DNA of 64,000 nucleotides from Botryllus schlosseri (taxonomy: Eukaryota): the NCBI GenBank assembly GCA_051294905.1, contig CM119371.1, positions 3,348,001 through 3,412,000 of the forward strand. The letters run 5' to 3'. Each line of letters begins with the position of its first letter. Position 1 is the first letter of the stretch. Under the pieces are notes generated by a model. It saw only the letters and a list, made by a program, of their open reading frames with translations, searched no databases and had not been told where the DNA came from. Both the position numbers and the translations under genes were made by a program. Shown piece by piece: positions 26,477-38,700 of this stretch.

Positions 26477-26704
26477 CTAAGATACGATGCAACCAAACAA
26501 TGACTCACAGTATAAAACTTCCAACTCAGTATCGAGATCATTTGCAATCTTCTGGGCTTTCTTTAATTCGTCTCCTTTCAACATATCACTTGTATACCGG
26601 TGTATCAATGTGACTTTCTTCAAAGTAGAGTTGTTGACGAGAGACGAAATCTCATCGAGTGAAACACAATATCCATCTTCTAATATGCATCTGATATATT
26701 CGAT
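26477..26704 (-). CDS. Putative terminal LRR-like exon of the NLR (IEYIRCILEDG...LKKVTLI...LEVLYCESLFGCIVS*)
   Basis: Acceptor TTTTCACCGCAG, phase 0, 75 codons then stop. Confidence 0.6.
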   Translation of the reverse strand: MEYIRCILEDGYCVSLDEISSLVNNSTLKKVTLIHRYTSDMLKGDELKKAQKIANDLDTELEVLYCESLFGCIVS

Positions 26705-29700
26705 CTGCGGTGAAAAAATATTATTATTATTATTGTGTATTTCAATGATGCTTATTGTTGACCATTTCACCAGGGGCCATGATGCATTTCAACATGCTTT
26801 AGATCAGGGGTGTCAAACATACGGCCCACGGGCCGCAACCGCCCCCATAGGCGATTCTGAAAAACGGCTGTATTATCTGGCAAATTTCTAACAAATGTTG
26901 AGATTTTAGTAGGAAACACTTTCATTCTCTCAAGTCAAAAAATGTCGAGCATGTTCATAGGCCACATTATAATCATCCGACCGTGGTGTTGAGGTTACAC
27001 TGTAGTCACCGTCAGCAACAAGTCACTGCCATTGACACTAGTGTTGCCATACGTCCTCTTTTTCGACTTTTTCGAAAGTGTCCCCAGAGCACGCTCAAAT
27101 GACCTCTTTTTGAGAATTTGTCCTCTTATTTGAAAATATTGGTTGAATGTAAGTGACAATTCAACCGAATGATTGGAAATAAGTACTGAAGTAACGCTCC
27201 TGCAGGTCTTTCGAGACTTGAGCCAGAAAGATGACCTTTATTTTACTCAACCAAATATAAACTTGGAATCGATTTGCCAATTTTTTCGAATTTCACTCCT
27301 GTATTGCAAGTCTGAATTTTTTTAAAAGGTGTCCTCTTTTCAGATTCTCAAAATACGGCAACCCTAATCGACAATCAATGCTAAGAAGGCGAAAAAGTGC
27401 TCAGTGAGTTCACAGTTTCATGCAAAGACGGACCACAAAGTAGTTATCGGCAGAAGTGGATAATATTATTATGACACAAAATATAATTTAAATATATATG
27501 GTCGCAATCCTTTTGCGCTTATGACTCAACATCTCCTTAGCGCCTGGAGAAACCCGAATCACGATGTAAAAATGTTGAAACAACTTTCAACGTTTACGTT
27601 TACGGTTAAATTGCTTGTATTCCTCACAACGCTTACAGAGGATTGGCAGATTCCGACTAAAACAAAGCAAGCATAGCAATTCGCCAACGTATATCGTCGG
27701 TCCGGCCATTCATCGTAATTTCGCCAATTCGGTTGTTTGCGAATAATAAAGGAATTGATGTAATAGAACCAGATGGCCGTGATATAACGTGATTATTATA
27801 TAGCGTATAAGCTTCATAATCAAGTATTCAAGTGAGAAACAAGGGCATGGATTTGGAGGAAATATTTTGGAATCATTTGACTGGTCCAATCCGCGAGTGC
27901 TCTTAAAGTTTGACTCTGACCCGCGGCGCCAGTTGAGTTCGACACCCCTGCTTTATATGAACAAATTACCAGGAATCACAAACTCCGCAACTACTATGGA
28001 TACGTCTGGCATGGAATATAAGTTAATTCATGTGGAGGGGACTCGTACTGTACAGCAGAATTCGATGAATGATGAACGTGCAATGGTGGGGGAAGAACGT
28101 TCAATATATCCTATGCAACCAATACTGGATGATAAGTACTACCTTCTTTTGCTGACAAGCTTCTAACGTCTTCTTCAATTTATCTGCTTTATCAACGCAA
28201 AACATGGCATGGATATTGCCAAAAACGGAAATTGCTTTCCTGCGCTCCAAAATTAGGCTGTAATCCTGGACAGGTATCAGGCCATTCACGGCAATATCCA
28301 GGAGAATGAACTAAAATGCGAAAACAGTTATTCCCAGACTTTAAGATAGCCGCCGAAGAGATGATTGGGTTCGAAGTCGTATAAAACGATAGGTAAATAT
28401 AAATGTGTTTAAAAATACTTCGGGAATAGAATCAGGAATCATACTTGATACTTTTTCCAACAAGTCTCAATCAACGACCAATCGATGCTTCCTTCTTCTT
28501 CTGTGCAATCGAGTAGGATCTTACTTATCTAAACACAATATCGATTTCATTAGGTAATATGACGTAATTGCCTCAATGTTCTCCCATTTGAATAAATATT
28601 CATAAAGGTAAAGTTCAATACTGATTCAATAGAATTCTTCGGTTCTCCATAATGCATATGCTACATCGGTTTCAGTTTTATTCATGAGGTTGATATCTTA
28701 TAAAAATATACTTATGTTATGAATATTTTATCCATTGTACAAACGTATCATATAGAAGGGGGTGCTCAAACTAGTCAGCGTACGGTACTCAAGTAGAAGT
28801 GAAAGTAGCGATATACAATTAAGGAAAATAAAATTATAGTAGGCCAAGTTTTGCGTAAAAATGAAAACTGCCGAATAGAAGTAGTATGAAATCTTAACCA
28901 CTTGAGTACGTAGGACAAGTAGGATAAATCTGCCTGAAGTACTACGACAAGTAGAAGTACTTCGTTACTGACCACCTTTAGATAAATGTTGAAAGGGACG
29001 CTGGAAAGCCTTGTAACGATGTCGCTTATGTTTATGCGAAGGTTGAATTTTACCCGAACAGTAAAACACATTGGAAACTGCGTAAAAACTGGCACGGACA
29101 GAAGCATACCCTATTTTTAATTTATTTACATGCTTTCGAAACCTATATTTGGAGCAGGCATTATTGCCTTTCACCTCAGACTACGCCAATGCTTGAGCGC
29201 ACATTACGAGATGATCAGTAACAATCTGCTTCTATTTCTTAAAAGTATGTGGTTAATATAATGATTTAACTTATGAAATTGATGCAAAATTATGCCTGAA
29301 AGGGGAACTGCACTCTAAAAATGATGTGGTCTCGAATTGAAGGGCAAAACGAAAATAAAAACTTGGCCACAGCCATTTTCTTCAGAACGCCGCCGTAATG
29401 GAGTTGCAATTTATTGAAATTTCCACAGCACCTTCACGCTCCAGCAGGCATGCAGAGATCGAACTTTATTTAGTTGTCAGCCAATGTTATGAAGGAAATA
29501 TGTCTTACACGTCAAGGTGGTTTAGATGAAGCGTTCAACGGAAGATACCCAGTCAGGGATTTATGTCAAAATGGGGCCTAGTGTATTCTATTTCTTTAGG
29601 ACAGAAATAAATCATCTCCAACAATTTTTTATACAAAAACGATGTTTTATGCATAAAAATAGGACAAGATTTTAGACTACTTTCACGCAAAATTACGTAC

Positions 29701-32700
29701 TTTTCACGGATTGGATTTTGAGAAATAGAAAGTAGTTTTGTGTAACGTTTGTATCACTGTGATACGTGAAACCGTCTCGAAAAATCGCAATAGACATCAT
29801 GGTAACTGTTGATCTTAATGTCCAAGATTGTACAAATTTGCAATAATAATCATTTTTAGTTACTCGCAGAGACTCATCTTGTAATTTACAAAGTAACCGC
29901 CAGCGATAAATCACCAAACACTTACGAACGATCGACTAAAACTACTTTTCGAAACTCAAGTACTTACCAAGGTACTTTTCAAACTTGTCCCTTTCTAACT
30001 CCACTTGAAATAGTTTTAACACATCGTGGACACATCTATTTCTACGTATAATTACTAGGGCCATTTAAAGTCATTAAAGTCATATTTTTTTCTATGCATC
30101 AGTAAGCCGTGAAACCAATTTTAACGCGAAAACCACGTCCCTATGTGGTATATTAAGAAAGTTATAAAGTCATATAAAGTAATATTTTCCTGGTTAGATC
30201 ATATTTGAGTTATAAAGTCATATTGTTGTATACTTTAAATAAAAAGTGCCAATTTAAGCAGTGAGAGCAAATAAGCACTAAAGCACTAAGAAAGTAGGGC
30301 AATTTCTGATTGAACGAAGGCAAGCTGTAAGGTTAGCCTACATAACACTACAGTCACAGACCTATGAGGTCACACATTGCATTGTGTTGCTACACAATCT
30401 GTTTTACTTCTGTGCACTGAAGTAGGACGTCATTTGAGGTTCAGTCAGTGGGTAGGGAGGCTAACAAGTACTATCTTGGTCTACTTATATACAAATACAT
30501 TTGGATTTGAATAAAATAGTATTTACAGTGGGCACCACCATAATAAATAATTGAAGAATTGGTCACCGAAACATGCCTACACTACAACATTATTTCAAAC
30601 TTGATACTGAAAATGGAAAGTTGTACGTACACCATCAGAGAGGCTAATACTGATCTAAATGCCCTTGATTTCAGAAAAGGTCCGCTTGAGCTCAAAACTT
30701 ACATTAAGAAGCGGTTGGACAAAAACGATGTGAAACAAATTATGGAGCTACAAAGGCAAGACATTTCACCAGCGCCAAATGCTAAACTTCAGAAGTGTCA
30801 ACCTACATTAGCGTCTGTGGAGCGCTCTTTTTCCTTACTAAAGTCATTTTTACGTCCATATTGTCACTTTAAAGCAGGGGTGTCAAACTCAAATTGCCTC
30901 GCGGGCCGGATTGAAACCACCAACTAGCTCGCGGGCCGCACCATTCAACTGATCCTAGAATGTTACCCCATGTTATGCCCAATCTTTTCACTTGAATACT
31001 CTATCATCAAGAAGATATAGATACCACGGATCATAGTGGTTTTATTCTAGTCTACCAAGTGCAACACTCATATTCGACCGCCGTTGCGAGTAAACGCCGT
31101 AGCGAACGGACGTGCCACTCCGAGCGGGTAATTAGCTGAGTAGGAGCTTTCGATCGGCGACTTCTGTCAGCCGAACGAGCATCGTGCGGACTCTGCTTCA
31201 ATTAGTAAGCAAGGAGGATTTACCATTCGGAAACACGAGACTACGGTATAAGTGGACTTGTGAAAGCGTGTTATAAATGTCACAAGGAAGAGGGGCGGTA
31301 AAACGCCCCGCCGAAAATTCTACTGATGAACCTGCGCCAAAGGAGTCAGCTTCTCGTGGATTAAGTCGATTCAATGAGCATTCTGTAGTTATAACGGGTA
31401 TCAAAAAGCCAATCCGCCGTCAAAATCCCTTAGTCATCAACAGGAATTTGATCAAGATATTAGGAGGTTCCTACACCGAGATACGTGTTCTTCCATCAGG
31501 AGATCTCTGCGTAAAATGTGCAAACAGCGGACAGGTGGCCAAACTACTATCATGTAATGATCTGGGGACAAAATAAAATAAGATTGAGGTAAAAGTGGAG
31601 CTTTACAAAATCAAACCACCGGAAACGCGCGGAGTCATCTCCGACGTTCCAATGGATCTTAGTGAAGAAGAAATACGACAAGCACTATCGAATGACAACG
31701 TTATATATGTCAAAAGGTTGCCATACCGGTCAAAGGAAGGAGTTATCCCAAGCAGGTCGGTTCTTCTATGTTTCTCAGCGAACATGCTTCCCACTGTCGT
31801 ACATATAGGCTTTTTAAGGTTCAGGACCAGGATATACAACCCACCACCCTTGCGCTGTTACAATTGCAGCCGATTCGGCCATAAGGCAAAGCATTGCCGT
31901 AGCTCAGCACGGTGCACTAAATGCGGTAATAATCATGAATACAAGAGCTGCACGAACCAAGCCAATTGTGTTAACTGTGGCCAACCACATTCAGCCGGCT
32001 ACGCGGGTTGTGATAGGTATCGACAGGAAACTCGAATCCACGCTATTATGGCGAACTCCGATGTCAACTACTGGACTGCCAGAGGAATCGAACAAGAACA
32101 GAGACAAATCCCAAATGTTTTATCTCAGAACGAATTCCCACCATTGCAAAAAGACAGCAGTAACAAAACCTCAAACCAGGTACTTCACCAGCAGCATCGT
32201 AACGTCGCTGTAAGATCAGCTCCAATCAGTCGACAAGTCATCCCCACAAACCATCCATTATTGCCATCGAATGATAGCATAACCTTATCAACATCGGCCC
32301 TGTTCAGTTTTATCGCAGGCGTTTTGAAAAGTACAATTAAATCGATCACCGAAGGACAGGAAATTGACATTGAAAAGGTCATATCGGAGACCGCACAGAA
32401 GGAACTTGGAATAGGATTTCCCGGATTGCAACTAAATCCCGCCAATCGAGAAGAAGCCTCAAGCGTCGGCCGACACAGGACGTACGGCGGACAAAATTCA
32501 CCACAAACTACCGACGCGTCTTCTATTGCAATGGACCTGACACAAGCTTCGCCTTCAAAGGTAAATTAAAAATACTACAATGGAATTGTAGGAGCATTTA
32601 TAGAAAAATCCCGGAATTGAAATATTTCATAGAAAGACTTGATACAAAACCTGATGTACTGGCCCTAAAGGAAACTCATTTGGTTAATAAGTACACTCCT

Positions 32701-35700
32701 AAAATCAAAGACTATACCCTCGTTAGGAGAGACCGTGACATCCATGGCGGTGGCATCTGCTTCTTTGTCAAATCGAATCTATCATTCGTTCAATTAGATA
32801 TAGAAAGTGTACAGTACACCCAATAGAGATGCAAGCCATCAGACTTGACCAGATAACTGTTTTGAATGTTTATATCCCTCCAAATCGCAATCTATCGCGC
32901 ATGCTCCCCGAACGATGTTTTCGCCCCTTCACCACAAAGTGCATTATAGTCGGAGACTTTAACGCCCATCATCCCTTGTGGAAGAGCGACCGAATAAACG
33001 GCTGCGGTAGACATCTTTACCATGTTATTGATTCCAAGGATTTTGTGGTAATAAACACCACTATTCCGACCAGGATTGACATTTCATCCCAATTTCCCGA
33101 CAATAGTTCATTATTAGACCTGACAATATGCACCAAAGACCTGGCCCATAACGTCTCAACAGATGTTACTGACTATCTGTTAGGAAGTGATCATTACGTC
33201 GTGCTCACAGAACTCAGCGTAACGGTTGATACTTCGCAGACATACACGAAGAGTTGGTCATTTCATCGCGCGGATTGGGATAAATTCAAAAGCCTCTGTA
33301 GTGAGCGATTCTCCGTCGCCTGCGATACACCTCTAAAAATGGAGGACATATCAACTATCATTATAGACGCCGCAGTGAAAAGCATTCCTGAATCTAGACC
33401 GGTCTCCAAAAGCTCCGTTCCATGGTGGAATAAAGAGTGTTCGAAATCCATTCGCCTCAAACGTGCGGCCTTCAAACAGATGAAGCTGACCTTCAACACG
33501 GAGGACGTTATCAACTTCAAACGTCGACGCGCACAAGCAAAGAAAACTATTCTCGCCGCCAAAAAGCAATACTGGGAAGCTTTTTGCAGCTCCCTCACTG
33601 AAAATTCGAACTTGGCGCGTGTTTGGCACGTAGTGAAATCCATGAGCGGAAGTCGCACCTGGAGCCGTATTACCTCCCTTGAAGTCGGCGATCAAGTGTA
33701 CAAAACAGAGCAGGATAAAGCAAATGCACTGGCATCCTACTTCGCGAGTGTCAGTAGTGATGATAGCCTTCAACCAGAATTCCGACATAGACGTGATGCT
33801 ATGAAGCAAGCAATGCACCAACGGTTATGCGAAATGCAAGATGACACCACGGGAATAAATATCGAATTCAGTGTTTCGGAACTAATGCAAACATTAAAGC
33901 CTCGGAAGAATACAGCTCCAGGCCCCGACAGAATATGCTATCAAATGATAATGAATTTACCACCCTCCTGTCTAAACCGTCTATTACGATCCATTAACGA
34001 GGTGTGGAAGACAGCCCAGTGCCCATCTGCATGGCGTCACTCCATCATCGTACCTATCCCGAAGAACGGTCAAATTCTAAATTCAATAAAGAGTTACAGA
34101 CCGATCGCTCTCACCAGCAATATGTGCAAAGTAATGGAACGGCTGATCTGCAAAAGGCTATATTGGTGGCTTGAAAACCGAAAACTCCTCCACCCATCTC
34201 AAAGCGCATTTTGCAATGGCAGGTCAACTAAAGATAGTGTGATGGCGTTACATGATGATCTCTACAAGGCCTTGGGAAATCAAAGATCCGCAATCTGTAT
34301 ATTCCTGGACATAGAAAAGGCCTATGATCGTGTTTGGAGGGACGGAATAATAATCAAACTGCAAAAAATGGGCTTATCCGGAACACTTCTGCGATGGCTT
34401 CACAGCTTCTTACATAACCGCACATTTCAGGTCAGAGTAGGAAATAAGGTGTCGGACAGTCATAAAGTTGAAAACGGCATCCCTCAAGGAAGCGTTTTAA
34501 GTCCATTACTGTATACCGTAATGATGAACGATCTCCCCGAAACGATTAAAACTAATATAAACGTATTTGCAGATGATGTCTGCATCTGGGAATCTGACCT
34601 GAGTTTTGATAAAATAAGAACCGCGATCCAAGAGTCATTAACCGTAATAGAATCATGGTGCAAGAAATGGGGACTCAGTCTAAATACTAAAAAGACCGAG
34701 GCAATAATTTTTTCGAGGAAAAGGAAAATTCCTGCCGTCCAATTAACGCTCAACCATTCCTATATTAGGTTTGTCAAGCAGTACAAATACCTAGGAGTCA
34801 CTTTTGACTCTCGGCTGAACTACGCACATCATTCCAAAGCTGTGGTCAAGAAATGCACAATGCGATTGAATGTTCTGCGCTGCCTGTCAGGAACTAATTG
34901 GGGTGCTTCGAAATCTTGTCTCCTGACTCTGTATAGGGTGTTGATAAGGTCGGTCATCGAATACTGCATGGAAGCGTACATGTTCTCCCCGAAGTAGAGG
35001 AGATGTGGTACCGATGGATCACTGGGACCGAAAATACTTTGAAAATTCTCTATGATAATTCCATGATTACACTCCGTGAACTTGTCTACAATAGGCCTTT
35101 TGCAGGACTTCGATCACGTGACTAGATACGCATAGCAACAACAAATAGGGTAGCAAGCTACTTTTTCGTGCACCTGACTCAATGCTAAATATCGTGTAGT
35201 ATATTGTTGATTTCTAGTTGTAAACGTTTCGGAAATTAGTCTTGGAAGTGCGCAGGGATTCAGATGTGTCGAATGTCAATGCTACGCAAAGGATTTAGAA
35301 TAATTCCGTTAAAATAATTGATATTTTAATCGTTGTTTGGTACATACCCAACATTGATTTGATGACACAAAATTCGGCATTGAAGGAGACTGAGTGATAT
35401 TTTTGCAGCAGTAAGATAGTTGTAGATAGTAGTTGTTGTTGTTGTAGTAGTAGTTGTTAATTTTTGCAATATTTCGAATGACATCGATCGTGAGCTATGG
35501 CGGTTGCATCAGCTTCAACCGGTAGAGGTAAGTACCAGTTTCTTATTCAGTTATATTTTTCAAAAATAATAATTTCATGCACCTAACAAGCTCAGTGCTT
35601 AGCCCAAGCTCAGTGGTCATTGCAATACTTCCTGGATTAGATGTCAGTGAACCATGATATTGCTTTATGTGTTTATAACCAGGTACGGTAGCCATATTTC

Positions 35701-38700
35701 ATGTGGTTGTAAACATCGACTACTGCAACCAATATAGTGCCATATGCACCAAATAGATGTAGCTTTCATATTCCAGATTTGTCAGCATTTCCCGATCTGA
35801 CGTTTGGAGAAGTTGAAAGTTACGCGAAGACAGCATCTGGGTGCGAACATACCGCCAAGGGTTACAAGTTCTTTGCGGAGCCTGGATATATACACAATGT
35901 TAAAGGTGTATTAGGTTCAGAGATATTCATAAAATTATGACTACCTTTGCTCTTTTTCATTAGGCCAATTTATAATATTTAGATGTTTTTAATTCCTATA
36001 TATTGCTGGTTTTTGATTATCATCAATATTGCAGTATCACATGATGTTGACTCCGCCATTGTCACTGCTAAGTGTCACCACTCGATGAAGAAAAACGAGC
36101 ATCCTCATCAGCTGCAAGTGATGGTGCAACGAACTGGCCCGACAAAATCTATTTCTGGCTACTGCTCGTGCGCTGCAGGCCTAGGAGGCTACTGCAATCA
36201 CGTAGTTGGATTGCTCTATTACCTGGCACATTGCAAACAACTTGGGCTGCATAGCGTACCAGACTCCGCCACATGTACTGGAATGAAGGCGCGATGGAGT
36301 ATTCCAAGGGAGCGGAAGATAGGCAATCAAGAAATTGGGGACGTACTAGTTAAGAAAATTCAACCTGGAGCCAACTACGATCGGTATATTAAATCAACTC
36401 TGTATTCGCCAGCCACCTATTATCCAATTTTCAGTCAAAATCAATATGGCGATTTAAGTCCCAAGCCTCTTGCTGCAACACTAGCACCTGGATTAAATGA
36501 TTCAATGGAAATGAAGCCTACTAAATTTGGTCATGCGGTGAAGGGCAGCGTGATTTCGTACCAACAAAAAATGTCAGCCGAATATCTGATTAATGACTAC
36601 TCATGCACTGTCTTCCCAAATTTGCCCCTTCCCGATGCCGGTATCCGCTTCAACAATGCAATATCATTATGTCTTTAGCAGGATAAGCTCGCCGACTTAT
36701 ATGCAATGAGTCTATCTAGAGAAGTGGCCATAGATGTGGAGACAAAGACAAGAGCACAAAGTCATAGCAGTTATTGGACTCAGCTTCGCAAGTCGAGAAT
36801 TACTGCCAGTAAATTTGGACTAGTTGCAAAGCGTCAAAGTAACTTTGAGACTCTTATCACGTACCTTAATCCATCACGCAGAGTTATTACAGGACCAATG
36901 CAGAGGGGGCTGAATTTAGAATCACGGGCTGCATTTATATATGCTTCTAAAGCAAAAAATGACAAAGTGAATCTTTACCCATCCGGCTTAATTATCAATC
37001 CAAAATGTCCCTGGTTGGGCTGCACACCTGACCGCAAGGTTTTTGATGGCACCGTTGAGCTACAAGGACTGAGTCCATTTGGTCTCTTGGAGATCAAAGT
37101 TGTTAAAGAAGGCGCTACCGACTTCAGGAATGTAGCTTACATTTTAAAAGATGTAGATTCCAATCCGATCAGACTCAAAAGGACCCATGACTATTATTAT
37201 CAAGTTCAGTGCCAATTAGCATTGAGTGGTCTTGACTGGTGCGAATTTTTTAGCTATGTGAGTGACGAAACTTTTTTCATTGAGAGGATTATGTTTGATC
37301 CTGCATATTTTCAAATTGCCAAGGATAATGTTGACAAATTTTTCTTCGACTATTTCTTGTGAGCTGCATAATAGGCCTACCCAATGAATACAGAACAAAA
37401 CTTAATAAATTCCATTTCTTTCCATGTTTATTCAAAAATTCAACGAATATAAGTACAATATTAAGCTCAACGAAAATGAAAGTAATTGTGAACAAAGCTA
37501 GCCATCCTGATGAATATTGTCGGCAGTGACAGCATCATCTATCTCTTTAATTAATGGGCCTTGAAAATTGGTAAGCAAACAAGCCACTCTATAAAGTTGA
37601 TTAACTGAACCAAGGGTGTTTAATGGTATATCTGAATCAAAAATGTGAAATTCCTTGATCCTTCTTATTGCTCGCTCAACGTGAATTCTAATTTTAGCAA
37701 TGGCCTTTGTTTTCAAGATGTCATCTGGTGAAAACTGGTTCTGATGGCGGAGATAAGGAGGTAAATTCAGTGAAACATTCCTTTTGTTAAGCATAGATTG
37801 AATGTCAAACCCCTTATCTGCCATGACACTGTCATGAGGCTCAAGAAGCTCTAAAATTCCACTGCATCGTGTAATTTCCCTGTCTGATATGGAACCAGTA
37901 TAAAGGCTCGATACGAATGTTATAGCTCCGTGGGGAGCAATCCCAATCAAACCCTTCAGGGTTGTGTTCGACTTATAGGATGAATACATCTGTGATTGCA
38001 GTAACATTGATGAAGGGACCTGAACGTATAGCTCAGTGCAATCAATAATGACTCTAGTTGATGGATAGAGCTCTTGGAAACTATGTGGCATAAGTTCATT
38101 AATGCGATCTTTTGTTGGCCAAATTGGCTGATTGCCTAACAAGTAATATAGAAAGTTGGCCCAAGTTACGATTTTTCTACTAACAGTAGACGTGTGGATG
38201 TTAAACCGCTGGGACAGGTCAAGTTCAAAAAGTCCAAGCCTTATCCGAACACAAAATAAAAATAGCTCATCTATCAACTGCAGCTTGCGCACGCCTGGTC
38301 TAGATTTGCCTACTCCAGAAGCATACACATATGTCATAGTGTCCGCTGTAGGTTTTACAAGCTCGAAAAATAGTGTAAAGTGCTCATATGTAGGGAAGCC
38401 TGTATAAAATTTGATCAAATGATTGTCTTTCGAGAAACGTTCCAAACTAAAACGACTAATTCTAAGACTAGTTTCGAGCTCTTGTATTTTTTCACTGGTT
38501 ATAGTGGCTGCGTCTTTAAGATCACTAATCTCAGATTCCCTTTTCTCAACATCCCGCTGAGCAAGTTTAAGTTGCTGCAGTAAAGCAGTGTTCTCTTCCT
38601 TTACAGCCTCAAAATCTCGCTGCAGTTGAGACGACTGTTCTATCGCTGCATTAGACTGCTCTGTTCGTATCCCATTGGAAGAGCTGTATACACGAAAAAA

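Noticed and set aside
29295-29600. Kolobok-like terminus (AAAGGGGAACTGCAC)
   Set aside because: No TTAA TSD and no matching other end found.
33263-34753. Minus-strand ORFs of 89-156 aa
   Set aside because: Antisense shadows of the LINE ORF2.
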